Origin: Rebecca billardiae RCC1528
Taxonomy: Eukaryota > Protista > Haptophyta
NCBI GenBank assembly: GCA_965240325.2
Contig: OZ251226.1
Coordinates: 186,001-250,000, forward strand
Direction: 5' to 3'
DNA: 64,000 bases
Shown here: positions 11,843 to 21,975 of the stretch, one piece after another
Position numbering within the stretch: the first letter of the stretch is position 1
Layout: every line of letters begins with the position of its first letter
The notes under the pieces: generated by a model
Databases searched by the model: none
What the model saw: the letters and a program-made list of their open reading frames with translations, nothing else
What the model was told of the DNA's origin: nothing
Program-made: the position numbers and the translations under genes

Positions 11843-12835
11843 TCATGCGTGCCCGCGGCTCAGCAGCTCGTGCGCAAGCGTGTCCAGCGCCAGGCCGCAC
11901 GGCACCTGCGCGTCGACCGCCAGCGGCGTGCCCGCCTTGTGCATGCGCGTGGGGCCCAGGTTGAGCAGCGCCACCGGCGCGCCTGTCTTCGCCGCGCGGT
12001 CCACCAGCCGGAACGCCGAGTAGGTGCTGCACGTGCTGCCGACCACCAGCAGCGCGTCGCACCGGTCCACCGCCTCGTACGCGCGCTGCACGACGCTCGG
12101 GCACACGCTGCCGCCGAAGAAGACGACGTTGGGCTTGAGCATGCCGCCGCACTCGTCGCACTCGGGCACGACGAACGTGCTGTAGTCCACGCCCGCCAGC
12201 GCCGCGTCCGCATCCGCGCGCAGCTCGACCACGCCCACGTCCCTCCAGTGCTCGTTGCGCGCCTCGAGCGCCTGCTGGAAGTGCGTGCGTGAGCTGGCCG
12301 CCCCGCAGTCCAGGCACTCGACGAGGTCGACGCGGCCGTGGAGGTCGAGGACGCGCTGGCTGCCCGCGCGCTGGTGCAGCCCGTCCACGTTCTGCGTGAC
12401 CAGCTCGCTCAGCAGGCCGTGCGCCTCGAGCCGTGCCAGCGCGCGGTGGCCGCGGTTCGGACGCGCGCGCGTGAACGGGTGCCAGCCGAGCATCGAGCGC
12501 GCCCAGTAGCGCTGGCGGCTGCGCTCCTCGCCGACGAACTCGCCGTGCTGCACGGGCTTGTGACCCTGCTTGTACGACCCATTCTCCCCTCGATAGTCAG
12601 GGATGCCCGACTCAGTCGAGATGCCCGCTCCGGTCAGCACGACGAGCGATGAGCGCCCGCGGCAGAAGTCGACGAGCGCCTCGACTGCCTCGGCGGGGCG
12701 GGTGATAGCGGAGTCGGGAGCGATCGTGCCGATGTGCACGTCCGTGGCGGCGAGCGAGCTCAGCCGCCGAGTGGCGCGCGGCGCCGACAAGCTGCCGGCG
12801 ATGGTGGTCAGTCGCGCGAAGATGCCGCCCTGCAT
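11843..12835 (-). CDS. SIRT4: NAD-dependent protein deacylase, class II sirtuin (SIRT4/SRT2-like), probably mitochondrial; intronless
   Basis: GAGISTESGIPDYRG, RQRYWARSMLGW, TQNVDGLH, LHG, CxxC...CxxC zinc site, LKPNVVFFG, LVVGS. The N-terminus is R/S/L-rich. ATG at 12835 (the ORF-track start at 12853 is a TTG). Confidence 0.93.
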   Translation of the reverse strand: MQGGIFARLTTIAGSLSAPRATRRLSSLAATDVHIGTIAPDSAITRPAEAVEALVDFCRGRSSLVVLTGAGISTESGIPDYRGENGSYKQGHKPVQHGEFVGEERSRQRYWARSMLGWHPFTRARPNRGHRALARLEAHGLLSELVTQNVDGLHQRAGSQRVLDLHGRVDLVECLDCGAASSRTHFQQALEARNEHWRDVGVVELRADADAALAGVDYSTFVVPECDECGGMLKPNVVFFGGSVCPSVVQRAYEAVDRCDALLVVGSTCSTYSAFRLVDRAAKTGAPVALLNLGPTRMHKAGTPLAVDAQVPCGLALDTLAHELLSRGHA

Positions 12836-13796
12836 GGCCCACGCAAGCGGCAAAGCCAGCCGAACCCGGACGGGAACGGAGGGCTGACGACGACGGCGGC
12901 GGTTTGGCCTGGTCCGAGTCGCTCGCGGAGTGGCGGGATGCGCTGATCAACAGGACGGATTGACCGCCATGCCCATGTGGTTGTGTGTAACTACAGCGGC
13001 CGACCAGAGCGCGTCGCGGCTTCCGTTCACTTGGTCATTACACGCCCCCATGCGCCCTCCCCACCCGAATGGCGCAGCATGCGGCGGCGCAGCGCTCACG
13101 GTCCATCTTTGCACCGCCCGGAGCCGCGGAGGCGGCGGAGGCGCGCACAGTGAGAGACTGTGTTATGTTGCGCCGACATTGTTGCTGGGCCAGTTCACGG
13201 CCCTTCACTGCCGTGCCCATGGGACCATTGATATAAGGCGCGTCAAGCCTTCAAGGAACCGCCGTGCTTTTCTCCCAGGCCACGCGCCTACCTCGCTTTC
13301 CCTCAACCCGCACGCCGATACGCACCCTGCACACCAACGCGCCTGCCGGTTGTCTCCAGACTCCCTGTGTCCACGCGGGGCGCACGCTCAGAGCAGCGCA
13401 TGTGATAATCTGTGCTTGGGGTAGGCAAGCAAGGCTGCACGTCGGCTTTGGGCATTTTTCAGCGCGCGTGGGGACAGATGCTCTGCATGCTCGATGAAGA
13501 AGTGGCCGATGCGCGCCGTCCTCGCCGCTCACGTCCAATTTTGCCAGCAGGCAAGTCTGAAATCCGGGGAAATAAAATGACGACGACGTGCGTCCGCCGC
13601 CGCCGCCGCTGCGCGAGCGGTGGGACTGGTGAAGTGGTGAGCAGCCGCAGTCCGGATGACAACGTGATGACGCTCGCCTCGTCCCCCGCGAAATTTCTCA
13701 TAGAGCGTGCGATACGACCAACTGCTCCATCATCGTCTGCGCAAAGGCACCCCCTCACGACCACCTCGGTGTGCGAGCGGTCGAGCCGCGAGCGAA

Positions 13797-15011
13797 ATGG
13801 GCACGACGCACAGCTCAGAGGTGCAGGCGGCGCACAAGAACGGCGTGGTGATTGCGGTGGAGGAGGATCTACCCGAGAACGAGGAGGAGATCGTGTCGCC
13901 GGCCGATCCGCAGCGCGCGCAGGCGACGCAGCCGATCGGCGGCAACGTGAAGGACGATTACCTGGCGAGCGTGAAGCCAGCGGCCGCGGACCCGGTGGAC
14001 CTGCCGTTCCGGCTGGGCAAGACGATCGGCACGGGCGCATTCGGCAAGGTGAAGCTCGGCGTGCACAACAAGACGGGCGAGCGCATCGCCGTCAAGGTTG
14101 TGCCACGTGACAAGCTGGGCGACGTGAAGGTGCAGACAAACATGGCGCGCGAGATCAAGATGATGAAGCTGCTGCGGAACGAGCACATCATCCGGTTGTA
14201 CGACGTGGTGGTCGGGCGGACGAAGATCTACCTCGCCCTCGAGTACGCCGACGGCGGCGACATGCTCTCGTACGTCAACTCCAACCCGCCGATGTCGGAG
14301 GCGCAGGCGGGCGCGCTCTTCGTGCAGGTGCTCGAGGGCGTCTCCTTCTGCCACAAGCTGGGCGTGTGCCACCGCGACCTGAAGCTGGAGAACCTGCTGC
14401 TGCGCAACGGCGTGATCAAGATCGCCGACTTCGGCCTGGCCAACTACGCGCCGCCGCCCACCGCCGACAACAACTCTTACATGCAGACGCACTGCGGCTC
14501 GCCGCTGTACGCCGCGCCCGAGCTGCTGCGCAACACCGACTCGTACGACGCGACCAAGGTGGACGTGTGGTCGCTGGGCGTGGTGCTGTACGCGCTCGTC
14601 ACGAAGAAGCTGCCGTTCGAGGGCGAGTCGCTCCCCGCGATCCTCAAGAAGATCGTCGCCGGCGACTACGTCATCCCGCCCTCGCTCTCGGCGCCGTGCG
14701 CGGACCTGCTCAGGAAGATGCTCGCCATCGACCCGGCGCAGCGGCCGTCGTGCGAGGACGTGGAGGCGCACGAGTGGACGCGGCAGTGGGCGCCGCCGCC
14801 CGAGGCGAAGGGCGACCCGGCGGCGATCGAGCGCACGCACAGCATGGACAGGATCGAAGCCGAACCCGCCGAACCTGCGGCCGAGAAGAAGCGGCCGCAG
14901 ACCTTCACTGCTGCTGACCTGCAAGCCGAGCTTGCCGGCGTGCGCGCGGCCGTCAAGGCCTCCAAGCCCGAGACCGTGGCGGAGGACGCCAAGTCGATGG
15001 ACGCAAGCTGA
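13797..15011 (+). CDS. Ser/Thr protein kinase, CAMK/SNF1-related, with N-myristoylation motif; intronless
   Basis: GTGAFGKV, AVK, HRDLKLEN, DFG, THCGSPLYAAPE, DVWSLG. Starts MGTTHS (MGxxxS) at ATG 13797. Confidence 0.93.
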   Translation: MGTTHSSEVQAAHKNGVVIAVEEDLPENEEEIVSPADPQRAQATQPIGGNVKDDYLASVKPAAADPVDLPFRLGKTIGTGAFGKVKLGVHNKTGERIAVKVVPRDKLGDVKVQTNMAREIKMMKLLRNEHIIRLYDVVVGRTKIYLALEYADGGDMLSYVNSNPPMSEAQAGALFVQVLEGVSFCHKLGVCHRDLKLENLLLRNGVIKIADFGLANYAPPPTADNNSYMQTHCGSPLYAAPELLRNTDSYDATKVDVWSLGVVLYALVTKKLPFEGESLPAILKKIVAGDYVIPPSLSAPCADLLRKMLAIDPAQRPSCEDVEAHEWTRQWAPPPEAKGDPAAIERTHSMDRIEAEPAEPAAEKKRPQTFTAADLQAELAGVRAAVKASKPETVAEDAKSMDAS

Positions 15012-15361
15012 GCGGCGGGGGCGCCGCGCACGCCGCGGCGCGACCCTGAGCGCGGCGCTCGTGGCTGCCCTCGTGCGCAGCTGTGAGCTGCCGGCGATCA
15101 GTTCCTGACCGGGGTGAAGTTTGATATTGTGCACTCTCTTGCGCAGTCGCCGTGCGGCAGTCGGTCACTCAGTCGCTCCGCGCAATAATCGAAGTAAATT
15201 AGTGCGCGTTGTACTCTGAGTCCGCCCGTGACGACGCCGCCCTCACTGACACTCGCACTGAGAAGTCAAAGTGCTAGACGGGGCCGTACTCTGTAGACGA
15301 GGCACGAGCCTTGTTTGAAGTCTGAGGCTACCAGGCTGAGGCTACGGCTTACTGCTGACGA

Positions 15362-16040
15362 TGTTGAGCTGACGCAGCCTGGGGCGCGCATCTCAGCAGA
15401 TGGCGTCGCCGCTGGGACGTCAGGGCCGGCGCCGCACCAGGCGGGCCGGCGGCATCAGCTACGCAGTGGCTGGCTCTGGCGGCGCGCGCGCGCGGCGCGC
15501 GCGGCGGCAGGAGCGCGAGCGCAGCAGCGCTGGCGCGGAGCGACACGGACGCGGCGCGTGCGCGGGCGGTACGGCCCGGCGCAGCGCGGCACGGATGGCA
15601 CGCCGGCGGCACAGGCGGGCGCCATCGTGGAAGAGTCCAAGGAACAACGGACTCGATCACTTCATTCATGGACGCCCGGATTCTCAGTTTTGAGAATCGA
15701 GAATCCGGGATCATGGGTCCGTGCGCAGCTTACCCAGGTCCGATGACATTACCGAGTACCTGGGGGAAAGATGAGCTTACGGCGGTGCGTCGGTAACGCC
15801 TGCGATTGGCGGACGCACGGAAGCGGGGCTCAGGAAGGTTACAAGATTCCCGAGCCGGGCCGCAAAACGCCGTGTCACCCTGCGCAACCGAAAGTTGGTT
15901 GCGGCAGGAGGATTAGCTTCGCTCGTCAGAGGAGCGAGGGTCGAGATTGCCTTCGTGGGCGTCACCGACGACGCGCCCGAGGACGTGCCGGTGAGCTCTT
16001 AGCAGGGCTCGAGACGCTCGGAGCTCGCGTTTACCCAATA
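15362..16040 (+). repeat. 5' LTR (TGTTG...CAATA)
   Basis: Direct repeat of 21976-22654; the left boundary is fixed by the TSD. Confidence 0.95.
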
Positions 16041-16096
16041 TGCATGCAGCGATCGGGAGGGATCGTACGCGCGGCGCTTTCTCATCGATCGCGCCG

Positions 16097-18667
16097 ATGG
16101 GCACGAGCGGCCGGATGCACGGCTCGGTCGACGTGGGGATGCTCAACGACAAGGGCAATCAGCAGCGCTGGCTCGCGCAATCGGCGAGCAGGCTGGCGGC
16201 GCTACCGGCGGGGCAAGGTGCTACGATGTCCGCACTGAACGGCATCATCGTGACGCACGGCCCGAACGCGGAGCACCGCATCAACACGCTCGAGGAGTAC
16301 AACTCGACGTGGGAGACATTCAACCCATCCGCGGCGAAGATGATCAAGGTCAGTGCCGAGCGGATGGACCTGGCGCGTGAGAACTACGCGCTGCAGCAGC
16401 GGCTGCTCGACCATCGCCACGAGCACGAGCGCCGCGAGCACGCCGAGCGCCGGGCCGCGGCGGAACGCGCGGCGGCGGCGGCGGCGGGGGCGAGGCAGGC
16501 GCCAAGCTACGCGCAGGCTGCCTCGGCGGGCGCGGGGAGTGGTTTAGCCACTCCGGGTGGCCCGACGGCGACCGGACCGGGTTCAGGTCCGGCGGCGGGC
16601 GGCGGATCCGGAATTTCTCCGGGTCCGGCGGCCGGTACACCCGGTCCGGGTGTGGGCACAGGCGGCGCGGCAGGTGCGCCGGCTGGGATTGACGGCGCGA
16701 CGCCTGTGGGCGGCGCCGGCGTCGGCGCGGTGCCTACGGGCGGCGCCGGCGGGATCGGTGGCGCGGCGCCCGCGGGCGGCGCTGCCGTGACGCTCGATCC
16801 GCGCGCGCGCGAGCTCTACCGCCGCGAGCGCGAGACCGAGGAACAGATGTATGAGCGGCAGGCGAGCGAGCACGCCATGCTGGACATCAAGCTCCGACAG
16901 AGCGTGTTGGAGGCAGCGCCGGACGGCGACGAGGCGGACCCCGCCAAGTACGCCGGGGCGCAGTACGAGAAAGGGACGGCTTTCTTACGCACCGAGCTGC
17001 GGTCGTGGGTGACGGAGGCTGCGTGGCAGCACATCAACCGCCTCATGGAGACGCAGCCGGAGGTGCAGGAGGAGCGCGCGCGCCGGGGCGCACTTACGCC
17101 GGGGCGCGAGTTTCTGTGCCTGTGGAAGACGATCCTGCGCATGCGCAAGCCCGACGACATGCGGAAGTACATGTCGGTGCGGGCACGCTGGCATCGGACG
17201 GTCCTGCCGGACTGCGGCAAGGACGGCGTCGGCGCACTCGAGCTCTTCCAGGTGCTACAGCACAACCACGTGCTGCTGCAGGAGCTGAGTGACGCAGCGC
17301 CAGCGGCGGAGATGCTTGCGCGGCTCATCGAGTTCATTCCGTCGGTGGGCGCGGGCATCGAGATGCGGACGCGGTACGAGTCGAAGGACTACAGGACCGT
17401 GACGAACTTCGACGTGCAGGAGCTCGTGCACGAGCTCAACGGCAAGTTCGAGGACTGGGACTTCTCCAAGGGTAAGCGGGTTGACCGCGGCGGCCCTGGG
17501 CGCCCAGGGGCGGGTGGCCGCACGCCAGGAGGCGGCGACGCTACCCGCGCGCACCCAATCGACGGGCTCCGCCTGGCGCAGGCGGCGGCGGCGTCGGCGG
17601 GTGGTGGCGGCGGCGGCGACGCGACGTCGCCGGCTGGCCGTGGTGGCGGCGGCGGAGGTCGCGGCGGCGGCGGTGGCGGCGGTGCTGGCCGCGGCACCGG
17701 CCGCGGAGGCCACGGCGACTCCGACGACGCGCACGGGCCGCGCTGCTACAAGTGCGGCGCCGTGGGGCACATCAAGCGTTACTGCCCGCAGGTGACGCAG
17801 GCTGATCGCGACTCGAGCGCTGGCGATGACGCGGCGTCGACGCGGTCGGATCGCAGCCGTGGCTCACTGCGGAGCGGCGGCAGCGGTGGCGGCGGCGGCA
17901 GCGGGGGGAGCACCCGCGCCGTGGTCGGTAATGGCAACGGCGGCGGCACGGTCCGCACGCAGGTCGCGTTCGCTCCCGAGCAGGGGGACGGGCCCGACGG
18001 CGCCGTTGGTGGCGACGGTGACGCTGACGCCGGAGACGGCGGCGGCGGCGGCGCCGGACTCGGCTTGGCGCCTATTGGCGCGGCTATCGGTGGCAGGGCG
18101 CAGCGCGACGAGGACATCGAGATCGTCGCGGCGCGGGCGGCCGAGGCACGCGTGGCGCAGCCGGAGGACAACACGCGGGCGTTGGTGTTTGACACTGGCG
18201 CACGGAAGAACATCGCCATGACCGAGGATTTGACGAACCTTACCCCGGTGCACGGCGCATGCCAGATCGAGTGGGGGAACGGTGCGCGGGAGCAGGTCAC
18301 TCACCGCGGGACCCTGGTGGTCAAGCTTGCGGCGGACGACGACAGCGACAAGGTCCTCACGCTCGAGATCGAGGCGTGGGCGTCGCAGCGCGTCACGGCG
18401 CCGCTGCTGTCGGTCGAGCACTGCGCGGACGCAGGCATCGAGTTCCACTACTCGCAGCGCGGCAACACTGCGGACTTTACGGCGCTGGGAGGCGGCGTCG
18501 TGCAGCTGCCGCGCGATTCCACGCTGCGCGCCGAGATCGTACGGCGCCAGGTGGGGCCAGACGTCGGCGATGCGCCGGCGGAGGCGCGCGCACGGCGCAG
18601 GGCGCCAGTGCGGCGCGTGGGCGCGGGGCGGGGGCGCATTGGCGCTGCGCCGCCCCCAAACGCCTAA
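16097..18667 (+). CDS. gag: Copia Gag + aspartic protease polyprotein
   Basis: CYKCGAVGHIKRYC CCHC knuckle. LVFDTGARKNI...IEWGNG...PLLSV protease is in the same frame. Stop TAA at 18665-18667. The start ATG is uncertain (16040, 16097 or 16115). Confidence 0.85.
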   Translation: MGTSGRMHGSVDVGMLNDKGNQQRWLAQSASRLAALPAGQGATMSALNGIIVTHGPNAEHRINTLEEYNSTWETFNPSAAKMIKVSAERMDLARENYALQQRLLDHRHEHERREHAERRAAAERAAAAAAGARQAPSYAQAASAGAGSGLATPGGPTATGPGSGPAAGGGSGISPGPAAGTPGPGVGTGGAAGAPAGIDGATPVGGAGVGAVPTGGAGGIGGAAPAGGAAVTLDPRARELYRRERETEEQMYERQASEHAMLDIKLRQSVLEAAPDGDEADPAKYAGAQYEKGTAFLRTELRSWVTEAAWQHINRLMETQPEVQEERARRGALTPGREFLCLWKTILRMRKPDDMRKYMSVRARWHRTVLPDCGKDGVGALELFQVLQHNHVLLQELSDAAPAAEMLARLIEFIPSVGAGIEMRTRYESKDYRTVTNFDVQELVHELNGKFEDWDFSKGKRVDRGGPGRPGAGGRTPGGGDATRAHPIDGLRLAQAAAASAGGGGGGDATSPAGRGGGGGGRGGGGGGGAGRGTGRGGHGDSDDAHGPRCYKCGAVGHIKRYCPQVTQADRDSSAGDDAASTRSDRSRGSLRSGGSGGGGGSGGSTRAVVGNGNGGGTVRTQVAFAPEQGDGPDGAVGGDGDADAGDGGGGGAGLGLAPIGAAIGGRAQRDEDIEIVAARAAEARVAQPEDNTRALVFDTGARKNIAMTEDLTNLTPVHGACQIEWGNGAREQVTHRGTLVVKLAADDDSDKVLTLEIEAWASQRVTAPLLSVEHCADAGIEFHYSQRGNTADFTALGGGVVQLPRDSTLRAEIVRRQVGPDVGDAPAEARARRRAPVRRVGAGRGRIGAAPPPNA

Positions 18668-18762
18668 GCCCGGAACCCGCGCAGGTGCGAACCACAAACA
18701 CTACGGAGGCGGCGCGAGGCGCTGATCCGGCGTGGTTGCGCACTTGGTCGGTTCGAACGGGC
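18655..18762 (+). promoter_or_regulatory. -1 programmed ribosomal frameshift signal (slippery heptamer + stem-loop)
   Basis: C CCA AAC (18655-18661) in the gag frame, a 6-nt spacer, then a stem: 18668-18672/18758-18762, 18673-18677/18750-18754, 18682-18689/18739-18746 and 18690-18695/18732-18737. Confidence 0.8.
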
Positions 18763-21700
18763 ACCAATGACCAACGTCTACTCGAGCGCACGCGACGCGT
18801 GGCCGAGGGGATGGAGGGGGCGAACGCGCGGCGTGAGTCGCTCGACGAGCAGTCGGCGGCGGGCATGACGCGGCGGCCGTTCGCGGACGCAATGCCGACG
18901 GCGCACTACCCTGGGCAGGTGACGCACGTCGACATTTTCTCCATGGCACGCATCGACTTACCAGTTGGGGCCGATGGCGCGCGTGGAGGGTATCCTCATG
19001 GGATCATATTCATCGATGGGCATTCACGTCGATGGCAAGTGTACGCGCTACGCAGCTTGGATGACGCCGAGGTTGGTCGGGCATTCCGCTGGTACGCGCA
19101 GTTGCTTGGTACAGGGGCCATGCACATGTCGCATTGGGTCCTGGCGTCGGGGTGTACTATGGCGCGACGCCATATTCACACCGACGGTGGCTCGACGCTG
19201 CTGAGTACGTACGTCGAGGGTGAGCTGGCGAAGCTTGGGTTCTCGTCGACGGTCACGTCGGCGCCCGACTCGCCGAGCTCGAATGGCGTGGCGGAACGCG
19301 CTATCCGCACGCTGAAGTCGAGACTGCGCGCCACGGTCGTTGCGCGTGGAGTCTCGAGGGTCGATTGGCACTACGCGGCGTGGCACGCATGCGCGTCGCG
19401 CAATCGACTGGCGTCACGTGGTATCATTCGTGACGATGGCGACATTGAGTGGCTCACGCCGGATGAGCTGTTCTTTGGCAAACGTCCGACGTGGAAGCAT
19501 CACGTGGCGTTTGGCGCGCGCTGCCGCGTGCTGATGCTGGGCGCACGGCGCAATGCATTGGGGCAGCTGAAGCAGCGCGCACTACCCGGACGTGTCTATC
19601 TCTGGGGTGGGCACGGCGTGCAGTGGCGCGGTACATGGCGCTACGTGCTTGGGTACGTATGTCGTTTAGACGACGGACGTCTCGTTCACTCACGTGACGT
19701 ACGCATCGACGAGACCGACCTGGTCGAGGGGGGGCACTCGTCGCTTGGCGCACCTGACGGTGGCGCGTACGTGGGTGATGGTGACGGCGCCGCGGTAAGC
19801 GGCGGACATCGTCCAGTCGGCGGTGACGCCGACGGTGAGGACGAGGACGGCGATGGCGGCGAGACGCCAGCCGACGCCGGGAATGACGACGCGACAGAGT
19901 TCGACGTCGGGTACGACGACGACGCAGATGCGTCAACGTCGGGGCGCGGGCGCAGCAGCGTGGACGCGGGACAACGCGGGTGCAGCAGCGCGGGCGCACA
20001 GCCGTCGACGCCGACGCCGCAGGGCGGGCGTGGCGGGGCAGGCGCGTCGATGACGCAGCCGGGTCGGCAGGATCAGATACCGCCGACGGAATCACGGCGC
20101 GGGGCCGCAGCAGATGCTGGCGGGCCGCCGCGCGGCGCAGACGGTGACGACGGCGTGATCGAGGACGCGCCGCCGCCCGGCCTGGATATGGGACACGATC
20201 CGCTTCGCAGGGATCGGACGTCGCGCCGACGGCCGCAGCTGCTTACTGCCGTCGTCAGCGCCGCGTCGGTGTTCCAGAAGATCAACGTGAAGGTGCCGAC
20301 GAACTATCGCGAGGCGATGCGGTCGGCGGAGGCGCCCCAGTGGCAGGGCGCCATGCTCGAGCACTTGGAAGGTCACAAGTTGCTCGGCACCTCGGAGGAG
20401 GTGGTGGTTCCGGAGGGCACGCGGCTGTTGCCGAGCCAGTGGGTCTTTGACGTGAAGTCGAACCCGGAGGGCGAGGTGACGCGCTTCAAGGCGCGGTCGG
20501 TGCTACTGGGGAACCTACAGCGGCCGGGGATCGACTTTCAGGAGGTCTTTGCTCCGACGATCCGGCCGGAACAAGTGCGACTACTCGTGGCGATCGCCGC
20601 TCAGCAGGCGGGCGCGAGAGTCGACTTGGGTGCAGCGTCGGTTGCGGCGCTGGGCATACTGTCGAAGGGCGACGTCAAGGACGCGTACCTCAACTCGGAG
20701 TTGAAGCCGGATGAGCGGCCTCTCTTCTCATTCCCGCCGGGCTACGTGCCGAGCACGCAGGCGCCGCCGGGGTACAAAGTCGTGGGCCGGAGCTTGAAGG
20801 CGTATCCGGGCCTACGCCAGTCTGGGCGCGCGTGGCATCGCACGCACCGCACCCAGCTGCTCGCGCGCGGCTTCTCGGAGTGTCCGAGTGCGCCGTGCAT
20901 CTACGTCAAGGAGTCGGCGCCGGGCGAGTTCATCATCGCGGGCGGCTTTGTCGACGACTTGCTGTTCCTCAACCTGACGCGCGACGCGCGCGCGGTGGAG
21001 AAGCTGGCGGCTGACCTGAAGGAGCACTACGAGATCAAGCTGAGTGAGCGGCTCGATAAGTTCCTGGGCGCCGTGTTTGAAGTTCATGACGACGGCATCC
21101 TGATGCACCTGGGGCCGTACGTCGAGAGCGTGCTTCAGCGGTTCGGTTTGAACGCGAGCACGCCGGCGCGCACGCCGGAGCCGGCGGCGCGGACGCAGCT
21201 GAGCGACGACGATGAGGCGTTGCTGCAGCGCGCGGAGATTGAGAACTACCAGGCGATGGTGGGATGTCTCATGTTTGCGATGGTCACGGCGCGGCCGGAC
21301 ATCGCGCACGCGGTGAACATGCTGACGCGACGCATGTCATGTCCGCGGGCGGTGGATCTGGTAAGTGCGAAGCGCGTGCTGCGCTACTTACGTGGATGCC
21401 CGCGATTGGGAATCTTGTTCAAGTTTGCGACAGATTCCGAGCACCCCGACCTACTTGCTTTCGCTGACTCCGATTGGGCAAGCAATCCGGTGGAGACCAA
21501 GGGCAGGTCGACGGGTGGATACATTGTGTTCTACAATGGGGCGCCGGTGTCGTGGCACAGCGGGCTGCAAGGTACAGTCTCGCTGAGCTCGACGGAGGCG
21601 GAGTACGTCGCGCTGAGCGATTGCTGCCGCGAGGTGAGCTACTTGCGGAGCATACTCGAGTCCATGCGGCAGCCGCCGCGGGCCGCGACGGAGGTGCGAG

Positions 21701-21939
21701 AGGACAACAAGGGGGCTATCGACCTCGTGGAGAATCCTGTGCACCACAAGCGCTCGAAGCACATCGAGATCAAGCATCACTATGTGCGTGACGCGCAGGA
21801 GGGTGGCAAGGTGAAGGTGGTCAAGGTACACACCTCACTCAACCACTCTGACATCATGACGAAGGCGACGGACGGTGCGACGTTCAAGCGGCACGTCGAC
21901 GCCATCATGGTGGACCGACACCCGACGCGCGCGCGGTAA
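18655..21939 (+). CDS. pol: Copia Pol: integrase, reverse transcriptase and RNase H (-1 frame relative to gag-PR)
   Basis: IN: HVDIF, IFIDGHSR, HTDGG, NGVAERAIRTL. RT: WVFDVK...RFKAR...QRPGIDFQEVFAP, DVKDAYLN, GLRQSGRAW, FVDD. RH: ADSDWA, RSTGGY, SSTEAEY, EDN, KHIEIKHH, SDIMTK. No internal stops. Confidence 0.95.
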   Translation, partial: PKRLSPEPAQVRTTNTTEAARGADPAWLRTWSVRTGTNDQRLLERTRRVAEGMEGANARRESLDEQSAAGMTRRPFADAMPTAHYPGQVTHVDIFSMARIDLPVGADGARGGYPHGIIFIDGHSRRWQVYALRSLDDAEVGRAFRWYAQLLGTGAMHMSHWVLASGCTMARRHIHTDGGSTLLSTYVEGELAKLGFSSTVTSAPDSPSSNGVAERAIRTLKSRLRATVVARGVSRVDWHYAAWHACASRNRLASRGIIRDDGDIEWLTPDELFFGKRPTWKHHVAFGARCRVLMLGARRNALGQLKQRALPGRVYLWGGHGVQWRGTWRYVLGYVCRLDDGRLVHSRDVRIDETDLVEGGHSSLGAPDGGAYVGDGDGAAVSGGHRPVGGDADGEDEDGDGGETPADAGNDDATEFDVGYDDDADASTSGRGRSSVDAGQRGCSSAGAQPSTPTPQGGRGGAGASMTQPGRQDQIPPTESRRGAAADAGGPPRGADGDDGVIEDAPPPGLDMGHDPLRRDRTSRRRPQLLTAVVSAASVFQKINVKVPTNYREAMRSAEAPQWQGAMLEHLEGHKLLGTSEEVVVPEGTRLLPSQWVFDVKSNPEGEVTRFKARSVLLGNLQRPGIDFQEVFAPTIRPEQVRLLVAIAAQQAGARVDLGAASVAALGILSKGDVKDAYLNSELKPDERPLFSFPPGYVPSTQAPPGYKVVGRSLKAYPGLRQSGRAWHRTHRTQLLARGFSECPSAPCIYVKESAPGEFIIAGGFVDDLLFLNLTRDARAVEKLAADLKEHYEIKLSERLDKFLGAVFEVHDDGILMHLGPYVESVLQRFGLNASTPARTPEPAARTQLSDDDEALLQRAEIENYQAMVGCLMFAMVTARPDIAHAVNMLTRRMSCPRAVDLVSAKRVLRYLRGCPRLGILFKFATDSEHPDLLAFADSDWASNPVETKGRSTGGYIVFYNGAPVSWHSGLQGTVSLSSTEAEYVALSDCCREVSYLRSILESMRQPPRAATEVREDNKGAIDLVENPVHHKRSKHIEIKHHYVRDAQEGGKVKVVKVHTSLNHSDIMTKATDGATFKRHVDAIMVDRHPTRAR

Positions 21940-21966
21940 GCGGCGCAGCTCGCGGCTATGGCTGTC

Positions 21967-21975
21967 GAGGGGGGG
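21967..21975 (+). promoter_or_regulatory. Polypurine tract
   Basis: GAGGGGGGG immediately 5' of the 3' LTR. Confidence 0.85.

Noticed and set aside
15315-16238. ORFs within the LTRs
   Set aside because: They are duplicated only because the LTRs are duplicated, and show no protein features.
18655-18667. Gag/pol frame break as a disabling mutation or sequencing error
   Set aside because: It coincides exactly with an in-phase slippery heptamer, spacer and long stem, and the element is otherwise intact with apparently identical LTRs. Not fully excluded without other copies.
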